Assembly: GCA_964604165.1 (NCBI GenBank)
Contig: CAZRYF010000013.1
Location: forward strand, 3,408 to 67,407
Reading direction: 5' to 3'
DNA: 64,000 bases
From: an uncultured Enterobacterales bacterium
GTDB lineage: Bacteria > Myxococcota_A > UBA796 > CAJQPC01
Shown: positions 42,001 to 50,929 of the stretch, in pieces
Layout of the letters: every line of letters starts with the position of its first letter
Numbering within the stretch: the stretch's first letter is position 1
The notes under the pieces: generated by a model
Seen by the model: the letters and a program-made list of their open reading frames with translations, nothing else
Told to the model about the DNA's origin: nothing
Database searches by the model: none
Position numbers and translations under genes: made by a program

Positions 42001-44784
42001 GTGGACGGGGCGGACTCCAACGTGACCGGGGCCAGTACCTGGTACACCGACAACGACGGCGACACCTATGGGTCGAACACAAGCGCACAGGTCGCCTGCA
42101 CCCAACCATCCAACACCCTCTCCACGGGCGGCGATTGCGACGACGCCAGTGCCGCCGTGAACCCGGCGGCCACGGAGGTTTGTGACGGGGTGGACAACGA
42201 CTGCGACGGCACCACCGACGGTGCCTCGGCCAGCGATGTCGGCACCTGGTACACGGATGGAGATGGGGATGGCTTTGGAGCGGGAACCGGCACCACTACC
42301 TGCAACGCTCCCAGCGGCACTGTGGCGATCTCCGGGGACTGCGACGATGCGACCGCGGCCACCCACCCGGACGCCGTAGAGACCTGTGACTCCGTGGACA
42401 ACGACTGTGACGGGACGGTCGACGAGGCCGACGCCTCCGACGCCAGCACCTGGTACGCCGATACCGATGGGGACAGCTACGGCGACGCGAACAGCTTGAC
42501 GGTTGCCTGCACCCAGCCCTCGGGGACCGCCACCAACTCGACCGACTGCGTGGACACGGACGCCACCGTGCGCCCGGGGGGCACCGAGGTCTGCGATGGC
42601 CAGGACAACGACTGCAGCGGCGCCCCCCTCTCCACCGAGTATGACGACGACTCGGACGGGCACGTGGAGTGTTCCGTGGACGCCGGGGGCTGGGACGGCA
42701 GCTTCACCACCGGGTTCACCTCCATGGGGGGCAACGACTGTGACGACAGCGAGAGCACGGTCTACCCCTCGGCCGCGGAGCTCTGTGACGGTCAGGACAA
42801 CAACTGCGACGGAACCACTCCCTCCAACGAGGTGGATTCAGATGGGGACGGCTACGTGTCCTGCACCCTGGATGCAGGCGGCTGGGATGGGGGCCTCACC
42901 TCAGGGCACACCAGCATGCAGGGAGGGGACTGCAACGATGGCCAGTCGGCGCAGAACCCAGGCGCCACCGAGGTCTGTGATGCCATTGACAACGACTGCG
43001 ATGGGGTGGTGGATGGCACCAACGCCGTAGACGCCAGCACCTGGTACACGGACAGCGATGGGGATGGCTACGGTGACACCACGAGCGGCGTGGTGAGCTG
43101 CAACACCTTTACCTCCCTCATCACTACAGGCGGTGACTGTGATGACACGAATTCCGCCATTCGTCCTGGGGCCAGTGAGGTCTGCGACGGGGTGGACAAC
43201 GACTGCAACGGCACGGTGGATGGCACGGATGTGGTGGATGGCACCACCTACTACGCAGACCTGGACAGCGACGGCTATGGCGACCCCAGCACTTTTCAAG
43301 AAGGCTGCACGAACCCCCAGGGTTTTGTGACCGACAACACGGACTGTGACGACACGGCCACGTTGATCAATCCGGGCGCCACGGAGATCTGCGGTGACTA
43401 CAAGGACAACGACTGCGACAACACCTCCAACACCTGCGGCTTGTACGGCACCCTCTCCGCCTCGACGCGAACAGCCCTGCTCAAGGGGGAGGGCGCCCAA
43501 GAGTACGCCGGGGCCGCCGTCTCTTCCGCGGGGGACATGAACGGGGACGGCAACGCCGACCTGCTCATCGGAGCCTATCGAAACAGCGACAACGGCCAGT
43601 ACGCGGGGGCGGCCTACGTGGTGTACGGTGCGCCCAGCGGCGAGGTGGATCTCGCCAACGCACCGATTGAGGTCTATGGAGAGTCTGCCTACAGCAAGCT
43701 TGGGTACGCCGTGAGCGCGGCGGGGGATGTGAACTACGACGGGTATGCTGACTTGTTGTTGGGGGCGAATGAAGACAGCGGCAGCTACTCCACCGCCGGG
43801 GCTGCCTACCTGATGCTCGGCCCCATCAGTGGGTCGACCGGGGCTGCCACGGGGACCAAGCTCTCGGGTGTTGCTGCCAGCAACGAGGCGGGAACCAGCG
43901 TGGTGGGTGGCGGCGACGTAAACAACGACAATTACTCGGATGTGATTGTGGGAGCCCACGGGAATTCCAACAACCGGGGCCAAGTCTATCTCTGGTATGG
44001 ACCCATCTCCAACAGCGCTTCTTTGGATGCAGGAGACGTGGTGATTTCCGGTGTGACCGCCAACGACCACGTGGGCTACGACATGGCGCTTGCCGGGGAT
44101 ACCAACGGGGATGGCTACTCAGATTTCATCGTCGGAGCCTATGGGGACGACGACGGCGGGAGCGGGGCAGGGGCGGCCTACCTCTTCCAGGGGCCTCTTT
44201 CGTCGGGTTCGATTCTGGTCAGTACAGCGGACGTAAAATATGTCGGAGAAGCCGCCGGCGATCATGCAGGCTGGTCTGTGGCCGGGGTGAACGACGTCAA
44301 CGGGGATGGCAACGAGGATGTGGTGGTGGGGTCCTACGGGTATGACGACTCCGGCAATTCGTCGGCGGGCGCGGCCTACCTCATGAATTCCAACGGCCAG
44401 TCTGGAAGCGTAGATTTATCTGTGGCCGACGCCAGGTTCATCGGGGAAGGCAACAACCACCGCGCTGGCTACACAGTGGCCGGAATGGGGGACATGGAGG
44501 GGGACGGATGGGCAGACATCCTGGTGGCTTCTCCCTGGGCCGACAACAAGGCGGGCCGCGTCTACCTCATCTACGGCAACGTGTCGGGTAGCATGTCGCT
44601 GTCTCAGGCAGATGCGCAATTTCAGGGGGAAACAAGCAAGGACTACCTCGGCCGCGCCATGGGCGGTGTGGGCGACACCAACGGCGACGGTTTCTACGAC
44701 TTCGTGCTCGGGGCCCGCGGGGAAGACACCAACGGCAGCGACTCAGGATCTGCCTACTTCTTTCTGGGGCAGTCCCGGCTGTAG
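39040..44784 (+). CDS. giant (1914 aa) cell-surface lipoprotein: Ig-like domains, MopE-type Cys/Asp repeat array, seven FG-GAP repeats
   Basis: Lipoprotein signal MWKCFLRSVGASALVCLVSGC (alternative start ATG 39064). Two Ig-like modules are followed by the repeat array and the FG-GAP region described in the sub-features below. Confidence 0.85.
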   Translation: MLAPYHLAMWKCFLRSVGASALVCLVSGCSGDNKVGLINNPPEVTFTSPSEMEIFLLTEPILLMAQVEDPETPNDRLDLSWGFSPEGSVTGDKEIGEEEVSMFLPDGLEAGTYTVGLLAVDPTGARDSDSVSFTVKENEAPVVTILDPVEGGEFAEGEAIEVVLNISDPDQRNIHELELGWGGVATGNPDAPTNPNSDGSVSFYLQGLGVGQYVLSVEVTDSLGAVDSESSVFDVVDGDRDRDGFNGADLGGDDCDDRDENIHPDADEVCDGVDNNCNGVVDEDTAVDAPTWYADLDIDTYGDPLSIARACVQPAGYVVDNTDCNDSDANANPGANEYCDGHDDDCDGVVDEDDALDVVPWFQDADFDSYGDLNVYVLACTAPAGHVSDSTDCDDTDALTSPGANEYCDGVDNNCDGSTDEATALDATIWYMDADADGYGGTSSTVVSCSAPSGYMADANDCDDSNAAIYPAATEICDSVDNDCDGAVDEPDAVDATQFYADTDGDSYGDLYNPANACSLPSGYAANSLDCDDSDATVHPGGVEVPYDGLDNDCVDGDACDLDGDGHDASICGGGDCDDADPSLNPSVAEICDGEDNDCDGLVQPEEEDHDSDGFVECTIVATGWVGVVTSGFPSMGGEDCDDTDGTVFPGTSERCDGIDNDCDGVTDESDAVDVSTWYDDEDGDTYGNINTAVDACSAPSGMVLDGTDCDDEEGTVFPGATEVPYDGIDNDCLNGDECDVDGDGFDASDGLCGGTDCDDTDATIFGGGVEVCDGIDNDCDGLADESDATDAVDWYDDDDGDGFGNPDTAMRECNAPSGMIADGTDCDDEDPLVHPSAAEICNGVDDNCDGSVSSAEGDDDADGYVECTLVSTGWAGSFTFGFSSMGGGDCDDTNTAVHPGAAEVCDGLDNDCNGAVDGSGAQGTASWYADSDGDGYGNPNNVTNTCSQPTGFVTVLNGDDCNDVNAAVNPAASEVCDGYDNDCDGDVDGADSNVTGASTWYTDNDGDTYGSNTSAQVACTQPSNTLSTGGDCDDASAAVNPAATEVCDGVDNDCDGTTDGASASDVGTWYTDGDGDGFGAGTGTTTCNAPSGTVAISGDCDDATAATHPDAVETCDSVDNDCDGTVDEADASDASTWYADTDGDSYGDANSLTVACTQPSGTATNSTDCVDTDATVRPGGTEVCDGQDNDCSGAPLSTEYDDDSDGHVECSVDAGGWDGSFTTGFTSMGGNDCDDSESTVYPSAAELCDGQDNNCDGTTPSNEVDSDGDGYVSCTLDAGGWDGGLTSGHTSMQGGDCNDGQSAQNPGATEVCDAIDNDCDGVVDGTNAVDASTWYTDSDGDGYGDTTSGVVSCNTFTSLITTGGDCDDTNSAIRPGASEVCDGVDNDCNGTVDGTDVVDGTTYYADLDSDGYGDPSTFQEGCTNPQGFVTDNTDCDDTATLINPGATEICGDYKDNDCDNTSNTCGLYGTLSASTRTALLKGEGAQEYAGAAVSSAGDMNGDGNADLLIGAYRNSDNGQYAGAAYVVYGAPSGEVDLANAPIEVYGESAYSKLGYAVSAAGDVNYDGYADLLLGANEDSGSYSTAGAAYLMLGPISGSTGAATGTKLSGVAASNEAGTSVVGGGDVNNDNYSDVIVGAHGNSNNRGQVYLWYGPISNSASLDAGDVVISGVTANDHVGYDMALAGDTNGDGYSDFIVGAYGDDDGGSGAGAAYLFQGPLSSGSILVSTADVKYVGEAAGDHAGWSVAGVNDVNGDGNEDVVVGSYGYDDSGNSSAGAAYLMNSNGQSGSVDLSVADARFIGEGNNHRAGYTVAGMGDMEGDGWADILVASPWADNKAGRVYLIYGNVSGSMSLSQADAQFQGETSKDYLGRAMGGVGDTNGDGFYDFVLGARGEDTNGSDSGSAYFFLGQSRL
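39751..43440 (+). repeat. coding repeat array: about 19 MopE-like 'putative metal-binding' modules
   Basis: By my count there are 19 cores of the type E[VI]CDGxDNDC[DN]G, alternating with W[YF]xDxDGDGYG...C..P.G...DC[DN]D. Examples are EVCDGVDNNCNG, EYCDGHDDDCDG and EICGDYKDNDCDN. Confidence 0.85.
43480..44760 (+). other. FG-GAP / integrin-alpha-like beta-propeller region (7 repeats)
   Basis: Seven Ca-binding loops: GDMNGDGNADLLIGA, GDVNYDGYADLLLGA, GDVNNDNYSDVIVGA, GDTNGDGYSDFIVGA, NDVNGDGNEDVVVGS, GDMEGDGWADILVAS and GDTNGDGFYDFVLGA. Confidence 0.8.
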
Positions 44785-44787
44785 GGC

Positions 44788-45399
44788 CTACTGGCGAAGC
44801 TGGTAGGAAACCGAGCGGCTGAAGAGCACGGTGGGAGTGGCTTGCCCGTCCGCGAGGCGGGACATGCGGATCACCAGGTCTCCTGCAGTGGAGGACACTG
44901 GAACCAGCATTTTGACAAAGGCCAGGGTGGGGCCGGCCTGCGCCAGGGAGTCTGCGCTCACCCAGGAGCGACTGGCGGCCACCACGACGCCTCCCTGGAG
45001 GGCTTCTCCCACCAGCCAGAAGTCACCGCCGCTGAAGTCCGCCGGGGAGCGGGCCACGAGCACGGGAAGCTCGATCACCACCGCATCGCGCTCGGCAAAG
45101 ACCACGGTGGCCTCGTAGTTGTCCCCCAGAGGGGCCTTTCCGGCCAGGCTGTAGGGAAGCCTTGGCGCAACTTTGGGGGCCTTGGGTCGGAGCTCGAAGT
45201 CCGCGAACTCCTCTTCCTCGTCATAGGCGGAGAAGTCGTCGGCGGAGGCGCCCTTCGTGGCTGCGATCCGCGCCGCGTTCTTCTCCCCTTCCACGAGAAA
45301 GTCGAATTCCTCCTCGTAATCGGAGTTTTCGGCGTCCTGCGCGAACCCGGACCCTGGGGCCACGAACGCGGTCAGGATGAGCACTGCGGGCCATCGCAT
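44788..45399 (-). CDS. secreted hypothetical protein
   Basis: Frame of ORF 44788-45420. ATG 45399 lies 6 nt after GGAGAG and gives the signal peptide MRWPAVLILTAFVAPGSGFAQ. An acidic N-terminal stretch follows. I recognised no family. Confidence 0.5.
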   Translation of the reverse strand: MRWPAVLILTAFVAPGSGFAQDAENSDYEEEFDFLVEGEKNAARIAATKGASADDFSAYDEEEEFADFELRPKAPKVAPRLPYSLAGKAPLGDNYEATVVFAERDAVVIELPVLVARSPADFSGGDFWLVGEALQGGVVVAASRSWVSADSLAQAGPTLAFVKMLVPVSSTAGDLVIRMSRLADGQATPTVLFSRSVSYQLRQ

Positions 45400-45472
45400 G
45401 AGCATCTCTCCAGAACACAAGAGTAGAGGCGGCGGACTTTAGCCGTCAATCTCTCAACTTCCAAGGGCACAT

Positions 45473-46846
45473 TTGCAACGAATTGTATTCCCTGCCTCCT
45501 GGTGCACAATAGGGGCCTTCAACCGAGGGCCACAGACACTGGCGAATCCCTACCTGAATGTGTGGAGGGCGCAGCAGCGCCAGCGACGGGCACTGGAGCC
45601 TGTATGGACCCGTCTCGCCTTCCTGCTTCCCCTTGCGGCCCTGGCTGTGGCGGGGGCGCTGGTGGAGCCAGTTCTGTTTGCGGTGGACACCTGGGAAGCG
45701 GCCAGTGGCCTCTACCTACGCCTTGGGTGGCTCTGTTGTGCAGCCATGTCCCTTCGAACCTATTCGATTCTCGTGAGAAGCCCTGAGCGGGCAGTTTTGG
45801 ATGCTCACCCGGTGGAGCCTCGGCTCTTGCTGAAGTACCTGGCGGTGCGAAGCGGCTGGGAAGGACTGCCATTTCTGGCTGGCTGCGTGGTGTTGACCTG
45901 GCCTGTGTGGGCGGCGGGGCACCCGGGCCTTGCCCGGGCGGGGGCACTCACCATCGCGACCGGTTGGGCGGCGGGGCTTTTTCTGGGCTTTCCGGTGCAC
46001 CTTGGGAGTGTCTGGGTCGCCGAGAGCCCTCGTCTGGCCGGACTGCTGGAGGCGATTCGGGGAGACAATCCGCGCCTGCAGGCGGCTTTGATCTACGCGC
46101 CAGGTGCGGTCCTGGCCCTGGGAGGGACCGTGACCTGGTTGGGGGCCCAGGGAGCGGCAGGCTGGGTACTGGGCGGGGCTGGGGGAGCTCTTCTGCTGGT
46201 CCCTGTGGCGTCCTTTGTTCTGGCCTGGGGCGTGACGCCGCTCCTGGCGCAAAAGTGGTACCTGCGCACCTCCTTGCTTCTGGCCGAGATCGATGCCCGG
46301 TACGCGGGGCTGGAAGACAGGGAGGAGGCGCGCTGGGTGTACCTGCAGTGGATGTTGCGGTGGATGCCGGTCGGAGCTCGGCCCACCATTTTGAGGGAGC
46401 TTCGTCAGGGCTGGCGGGACCACAGGGGATGGATCACCGGGACTTGGGCCCTGGGGGGACTGGCAGCGCTCGGGGCTCTGGGAGAGCAGGGAACAGCGGA
46501 TCGGGCCCTGGTCATGGCCAGTGCCGGTGCGGTGCTTGCGGGTGCGGTGGGGCTTCGATTGGAGATGGGCAACCCGGACTGGCTGGAGAGCTGGCTGGAT
46601 GTGCCCCGTCGCAGGGTGCTCCTGGCCCGGGGTTGGGTCTTAGCCTGCTGGCTTCAGGCCCTGGTTTGGCCGCCTGTTCTGGCATTGGGGCTTGCGCAGG
46701 GCTGGGGGGTGGCCTGGACTGTGGGGACGGCTCTGGAGGCCCTGGTGGTTGTGCTGGCGGCCCTGGGCGCTGTATGTGGTACCACCGGGTGGGTGTCCTA
46801 TGCACCCCTGGCCCTTGTGGTCTGGGCAGGGATTGTCAGCGGATGA
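45473..46846 (+). CDS. polytopic membrane protein, probable permease partner of the downstream ABC ATPase
   Basis: About 10 hydrophobic segments. The stop overlaps the ATG of the ABC ATPase (ATGA at 46843-46846). The start is uncertain. Confidence 0.5.
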   Translation: MQRIVFPASWCTIGAFNRGPQTLANPYLNVWRAQQRQRRALEPVWTRLAFLLPLAALAVAGALVEPVLFAVDTWEAASGLYLRLGWLCCAAMSLRTYSILVRSPERAVLDAHPVEPRLLLKYLAVRSGWEGLPFLAGCVVLTWPVWAAGHPGLARAGALTIATGWAAGLFLGFPVHLGSVWVAESPRLAGLLEAIRGDNPRLQAALIYAPGAVLALGGTVTWLGAQGAAGWVLGGAGGALLLVPVASFVLAWGVTPLLAQKWYLRTSLLLAEIDARYAGLEDREEARWVYLQWMLRWMPVGARPTILRELRQGWRDHRGWITGTWALGGLAALGALGEQGTADRALVMASAGAVLAGAVGLRLEMGNPDWLESWLDVPRRRVLLARGWVLACWLQALVWPPVLALGLAQGWGVAWTVGTALEALVVVLAALGAVCGTTGWVSYAPLALVVWAGIVSG

Positions 46847-47556
46847 GCGCAATTGAGATCAACGGTCTGAAGAAGCGCTATGGCGGGGTGGAGGCTCTGC
46901 GGGGGGTGGACCTAAGGGTGGAGCCAGGGGAGCTTGTGGGACTGATTGGCCCCAACGGCGCTGGAAAGACCACGACGTTGCGGGTACTGACGGGGCAGCT
47001 TTTGCCGACCTCTGGAACGGTGCGCGTGGCAGGTGTGGACGTGGTGGAGAACCCGGGGGAGGCCCGAAAGATGCTGGGCGTTGTCCCGGAAGAACCCGCG
47101 CTATTTGCCTATCTAAGCTGTCGGGAGTTTCTGGAGTTTGTGGTGCAGGTTCGGGGGGTTGGCGATGTGGACCGGGCTGTGGAGGAGTCCGGTCTCGGGG
47201 CCGATGCGGACCGCCTGATTCGGGAGTATTCCCAGGGCATGCGTCGCAAGGCTGCCCTGGCCGCCGCCCTTGTAGCCGGGCCTCCGGTGCTTGTACTGGA
47301 CGAGGCCCTCAATGGGTTGGACCCGCCTTCTGCAGCCCGGGTCAAGGAGACCCTGCGGGAACGGTGTGATGGAGGGGCGACGGTGTTGCTGTCGACCCAC
47401 GTGTTGGAGACCGTGGAGCGAGTGGCGGATCGTGTGGTCATGCTGGCGGAGGGGCGGGTGGTGGCCGACCTCGGTGCGGCCGAATTTGCGGGCCGGGACC
47501 TGGAGCAGCTGTTCTTGGAGCACGTCTCCTCTCTGGGCAACTACAGGTCACAGTGA
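46843..47556 (+). CDS. ABC transporter ATP-binding protein
   Basis: Frame of ORF 45907-47556, starting at MSAIEINGLKKRYG. Walker A GPNGAGKTT, signature YSQGMRRK and Walker B VLVLDEA are present. Confidence 0.9.
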   Translation: MSAIEINGLKKRYGGVEALRGVDLRVEPGELVGLIGPNGAGKTTTLRVLTGQLLPTSGTVRVAGVDVVENPGEARKMLGVVPEEPALFAYLSCREFLEFVVQVRGVGDVDRAVEESGLGADADRLIREYSQGMRRKAALAAALVAGPPVLVLDEALNGLDPPSAARVKETLRERCDGGATVLLSTHVLETVERVADRVVMLAEGRVVADLGAAEFAGRDLEQLFLEHVSSLGNYRSQ

Positions 47557-48725
47557 ACTCTCGCCGCTGGAACCGCGCATGGAGTCGCCTTCGGCGGTGG
47601 GGTCGGCGCTGTGCTCTCGGGGTAGCCAGCTTTGGATTGGTGCTGCTTTTTCTGGAGGGCACGGTGCGGCTGGTCTGGTCGCAACCGTCCCGCCTGGAGG
47701 CGGCGCTGTCCTCGGGCGCCACGCAGATCACCGCCCATCCGACCCGCATCTGGGGCATGGCGCAGGGGGTGGTGGCCACGCGGGATGTGGTGGCTGCCAT
47801 CGGTTCCAACGGGCTGCGCGTGGTGGAGGAGACCGGAGCGCCTCTTCGGGCACTGACGCTGGGCGACTCCAGCATCTTCGGACATGGAGTTGCTGATGCA
47901 GACACCCTTCACATGCGCTTGCGGGAGTCCCTTGGGAAACGCGGAGTGTTGGTGGATGTCTTTTGCGGTGGAATCGCAGGGTACAGCTCGGAGCAGACCC
48001 GGGTTCTCCTGGAAGAGGAAGGCTGGAACCTGCGCCCGGATCTGCTCATTCTGGGGCAGCTCTGGAGTGACAACAGCTACGAGCGTTTTGTAGATCGAGA
48101 GTGGATGGACCTTCTCGCGGGACCCGGTGGCGTCTGGGCGGGCCCCTTGAGAGTCAGTCGCGCCCTCCAGTGGCTGCACCAGCGGGTCAACCCACCGCCC
48201 CCCACGGACGCAAGCGACATTCCCCGGGTGGGGTGGGTGAAGAAGCCGTATGAGACCGGCCGCCGGCGCGTGCCCCTGGCGGACTATGCTGCGAACCTGG
48301 ATGCCATTCTCCTGCAAGCGGCCGCCCGGAACGTGGGCGTGATCGCCCTGCAGCCCGCAAACCGGGAGCGGCTGGGGAGGCCGTGGGGTTGGGGGTGGGA
48401 TCCCTACTTCGACGCCATGGAGCGGGTGGCCCGCCGCAGGGGGGTCCCGGTGGTGGACGCGGTGGAGACCCTGGCCGGCCTGTCGGTCGATGCGGCTTTC
48501 TTGGACCGAATGCACCCGACGGGAGAGGCCAATGGGCGCTATGCGGAGGCCTTGGCCGAGGCGCTGGTGGTCGCCGGCTGGCCGGAGAATCGCGGGGTGC
48601 CGGATGCCGGCCCTGCGCCCTTTGCCGTGCCCCTGGTGGACCCCTTTGCAGGGCAGAGGCCCCTGGTGAACGACCCGTCGGCCCCCCAGGGGGATGGCCC
48701 TCAGGAGCTACAACAAGGACAGTAG
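47553..48725 (+). CDS. SGNH/GDSL-family hydrolase with N-terminal membrane anchor
   Basis: Block I LTLGDSSIFG, block II CGGIAGYS and block V LDRMHPT. Confidence 0.7.
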   Translation: MNSRRWNRAWSRLRRWGRRCALGVASFGLVLLFLEGTVRLVWSQPSRLEAALSSGATQITAHPTRIWGMAQGVVATRDVVAAIGSNGLRVVEETGAPLRALTLGDSSIFGHGVADADTLHMRLRESLGKRGVLVDVFCGGIAGYSSEQTRVLLEEEGWNLRPDLLILGQLWSDNSYERFVDREWMDLLAGPGGVWAGPLRVSRALQWLHQRVNPPPPTDASDIPRVGWVKKPYETGRRRVPLADYAANLDAILLQAAARNVGVIALQPANRERLGRPWGWGWDPYFDAMERVARRRGVPVVDAVETLAGLSVDAAFLDRMHPTGEANGRYAEALAEALVVAGWPENRGVPDAGPAPFAVPLVDPFAGQRPLVNDPSAPQGDGPQELQQGQ

Positions 48726-49529
48726 GTAGTTCGGCTGCTGGATTTGCTGTGCCAGCACGGCGATGGCCGCCTGCTGCATGGTGAGCAGCTTGGAGTGCTC
48801 GGCGGTCTCCCTGGCGAAGTCCGCATCCCTGACGTTCGACCGGGACGTGATCAGGTTTTCCGAGTAGCTGGACAGGTAGTCCACGGCGGACTCAAACCGA
48901 TTGGTCGTGGCGCCGTATTTTGCACGGTGAGCATTGACCGAGTCGAGGGCCGTGTCGACCGTGGTGATCGCGGCGGCCGCCGTGGTGGTGGTGGCGATGC
49001 TCAGGCTGTTCACGCCGAGGGTGGAGCTCTGCAGGTCCCCGAGGGTGATCGAGATCCGATCGTTGGAAGTACCGTCCAACCCGACCTGAACTGACAAGGT
49101 GGTGGTGGTCCCGTTTGTAAGCTTGATGTCGTTGAACTCGGTGTTGGCTGCCACGCGCCCCACCTCGGTGATCAGCTCATTCATCTCACTGGTGAGGTTG
49201 GTCCGGTCCGCGCTGGAAATGGTAGACGAGGAAGCCTGCACGGCGATCTCCCGTACCCGCTTGAGCAGGTCGGAGACCGACTGGCTTGCATCGTCTGCCA
49301 CGTTGACCACGCTGATGCCGTCATTTGTGTTTCGAGTGGCTTGACCGGCCGACTGAATCAACGCGTCGAGGTTCTCGGAGATGGCGAATCCAGCAGGATC
49401 GTCCCCGGCGCGGTTGATTCGGTAGCCCGATGAGAGCCTCTCGGCCCGAACCGCCCTTGCGCGGTCGAGTCGCCCGATGTCCGCCAGAGTCCCGGCGGTG
49501 TGAAAGTTCGAACGTATACTGATTCCCAT
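48708..49529 (-). CDS. fliC: flagellin (short form, 273 aa, no hypervariable outer domain)
   Basis: ATG 49529 follows GGAGGG. N-terminal ERLSSGYRINRAGDDPAGFAISENL and C-terminal AHRAKYGATTNRFESAVDYL...AAIAVLAQQIQQPNYLLSLL are the conserved flagellin D0/D1 blocks. Confidence 0.85.
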   Translation of the reverse strand: MGISIRSNFHTAGTLADIGRLDRARAVRAERLSSGYRINRAGDDPAGFAISENLDALIQSAGQATRNTNDGISVVNVADDASQSVSDLLKRVREIAVQASSSTISSADRTNLTSEMNELITEVGRVAANTEFNDIKLTNGTTTTLSVQVGLDGTSNDRISITLGDLQSSTLGVNSLSIATTTTAAAAITTVDTALDSVNAHRAKYGATTNRFESAVDYLSSYSENLITSRSNVRDADFARETAEHSKLLTMQQAAIAVLAQQIQQPNYLLSLL

Positions 49530-49726
49530 GCTGCCCTCCGCTTGAGGGCCAGGCACGACCAAAAAGGGGAGGATCCCCGATTTAGCGATCTGCGCGCACG
49601 GGCAAGCCCGGTTGCTCAGAGATGTAGAAACGCGCCCAGCGTTGAATCCACCTTAGCATGAAGCCGCGCCCACGGCGGATTCGCATGCGTTGTTAATCCG
49701 GGGGAAACCAGGATTGAAAGGGCGAA

Positions 49727-50929
49727 TCAGAGGTAGTTCAGGCCCCTTGGGGTTCTCTCAACGGTCAGGGGATCAAACCTGGGGTCCGGTTCTTCAGGAT
49801 CCCACTCACGAAGCTCCACCGGCGAATCGGCCGGGACGCGCTTGAGCAGATTCTGCCGGGCCATGTTGTCGGCGTTGAGTGCCTCCGCCGCCAGGCGGCA
49901 GCTTTCTGCAAAGGGGGTTCCCTGATACCGCTGTTCTACGGCATAGATGGTTGGAATTACGGACGGATCTCCCAGGTGGGCCAGCTTTCTGACCACCAGC
50001 AAGAGCTCGTCCTTCTTCAAGGATCGGTTGGACTCAATGAGCTTTGCAAGGCTGGGAACAGAAGACTCATCCGCCAGGGCCACGGCAAGTTTCAAGGTGG
50101 CGGTCTGCCCCACCGGGTGGCGCTCTGCCACGACCCTCTCTTGCAAAAGGGGCAGCAGGCCCGGGTGGGCGTAATGGGCCAGGGCGCCCAGGGCGGCGGT
50201 TCGGACGTACCCTTCCGGATCCTTGCGCACGACCTCTTGGAGCAACGGGATGATCTGCGTGGCGGGCAGGCCAGGGCCCCCGAGTCCTTCAGCGCAGCGA
50301 ACACGCACCTTGGAGTCCCTGGCTTTCAGCAGGGCCATGTGGGCCTGGTGCAGCCGTGGAGGGGCGAAGTACTCGGCAGCGTCGAGGGCCGCGACACGGG
50401 GGGGCAGGGGCAATTGGTCGTCCGAGGCAATGAACACCATGGCGTCGGATAGTTGGCCTGCATCCAGTAGACGGGTGGCCACAAGGAGCTCCGTAAGCAG
50501 CGCCGGGTCCATGGGGCGATACCGGGCCAGGAGTTCCGGGAGCTCGTTCACCACTTGGGCTGGGTCCTTCTCGACGAGCACCGCCAGCGCTCTCCGTCGA
50601 CCCAGGGGAGGAGCCTTGTCCCGGACCAGGACCTCTCGCACCTGGTCCAGGGCCCCTGGGCTGCCCAGGGTCGCGAGGGCGTCCACTGCCGCAACACAGA
50701 CCGCCACCACCGGGTCCATTCCGCACCGGGCCCCCAGTCGCACCGTGGCCGATTGGACGCCGCGGTCACCTAGTACGGTGGCTGCCTGGGCTCTGCGCTC
50801 GGGGTCCTTGTCGTTCTCCAGGGCCGCCCGCACAGCGTCGTCGGTCATCTTGTCAATGCGCTTGGCGTGGGCCGCGCTGCTGCACGTCAGGGCTGCTGCG
50901 AAAGAAAGAAGAGTGAAGAATAGACGCAT
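49727..50929 (-). CDS. secreted HEAT/PBS-lyase-like repeat protein
   Basis: Frame of ORF 49727-51028. ATG 50929 gives the signal peptide MRLFFTLLSFAAALTCSSAAHA. Repeated D..VR..AA.ALG helical-pair units follow. Confidence 0.55.
   Translation of the reverse strand: MRLFFTLLSFAAALTCSSAAHAKRIDKMTDDAVRAALENDKDPERRAQAATVLGDRGVQSATVRLGARCGMDPVVAVCVAAVDALATLGSPGALDQVREVLVRDKAPPLGRRRALAVLVEKDPAQVVNELPELLARYRPMDPALLTELLVATRLLDAGQLSDAMVFIASDDQLPLPPRVAALDAAEYFAPPRLHQAHMALLKARDSKVRVRCAEGLGGPGLPATQIIPLLQEVVRKDPEGYVRTAALGALAHYAHPGLLPLLQERVVAERHPVGQTATLKLAVALADESSVPSLAKLIESNRSLKKDELLLVVRKLAHLGDPSVIPTIYAVEQRYQGTPFAESCRLAAEALNADNMARQNLLKRVPADSPVELREWDPEEPDPRFDPLTVERTPRGLNYL

Noticed and set aside
39721-44070. 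Three long minus-strand ORFs (382, 555 and 389 aa) inside the giant lipoprotein gene
   Set aside because: They mirror the coding repeats of the plus-strand gene. Their periodic V/H/R/G-rich sequence is the antisense image of the D/C/G-rich modules, and they have no independent start or RBS support.
44782-44790. Palindrome TAGGGCCTA formed by the convergent stop codons of the giant lipoprotein gene and the downstream secreted-protein gene
   Set aside because: It is a trivial consequence of two stops 3 nt apart. It is too short to argue for a regulatory or terminator function.
49563-49726. Search for a sigma-28 (TAAA-N15-GCCGATAA) or sigma-54 (GG-N10-GC) promoter upstream of the flagellin gene
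   Set aside because: Only partial matches were found: a CTAAAT hexamer, and a GG...GC pair with 9-nt spacing. Nothing is strong enough to annotate.
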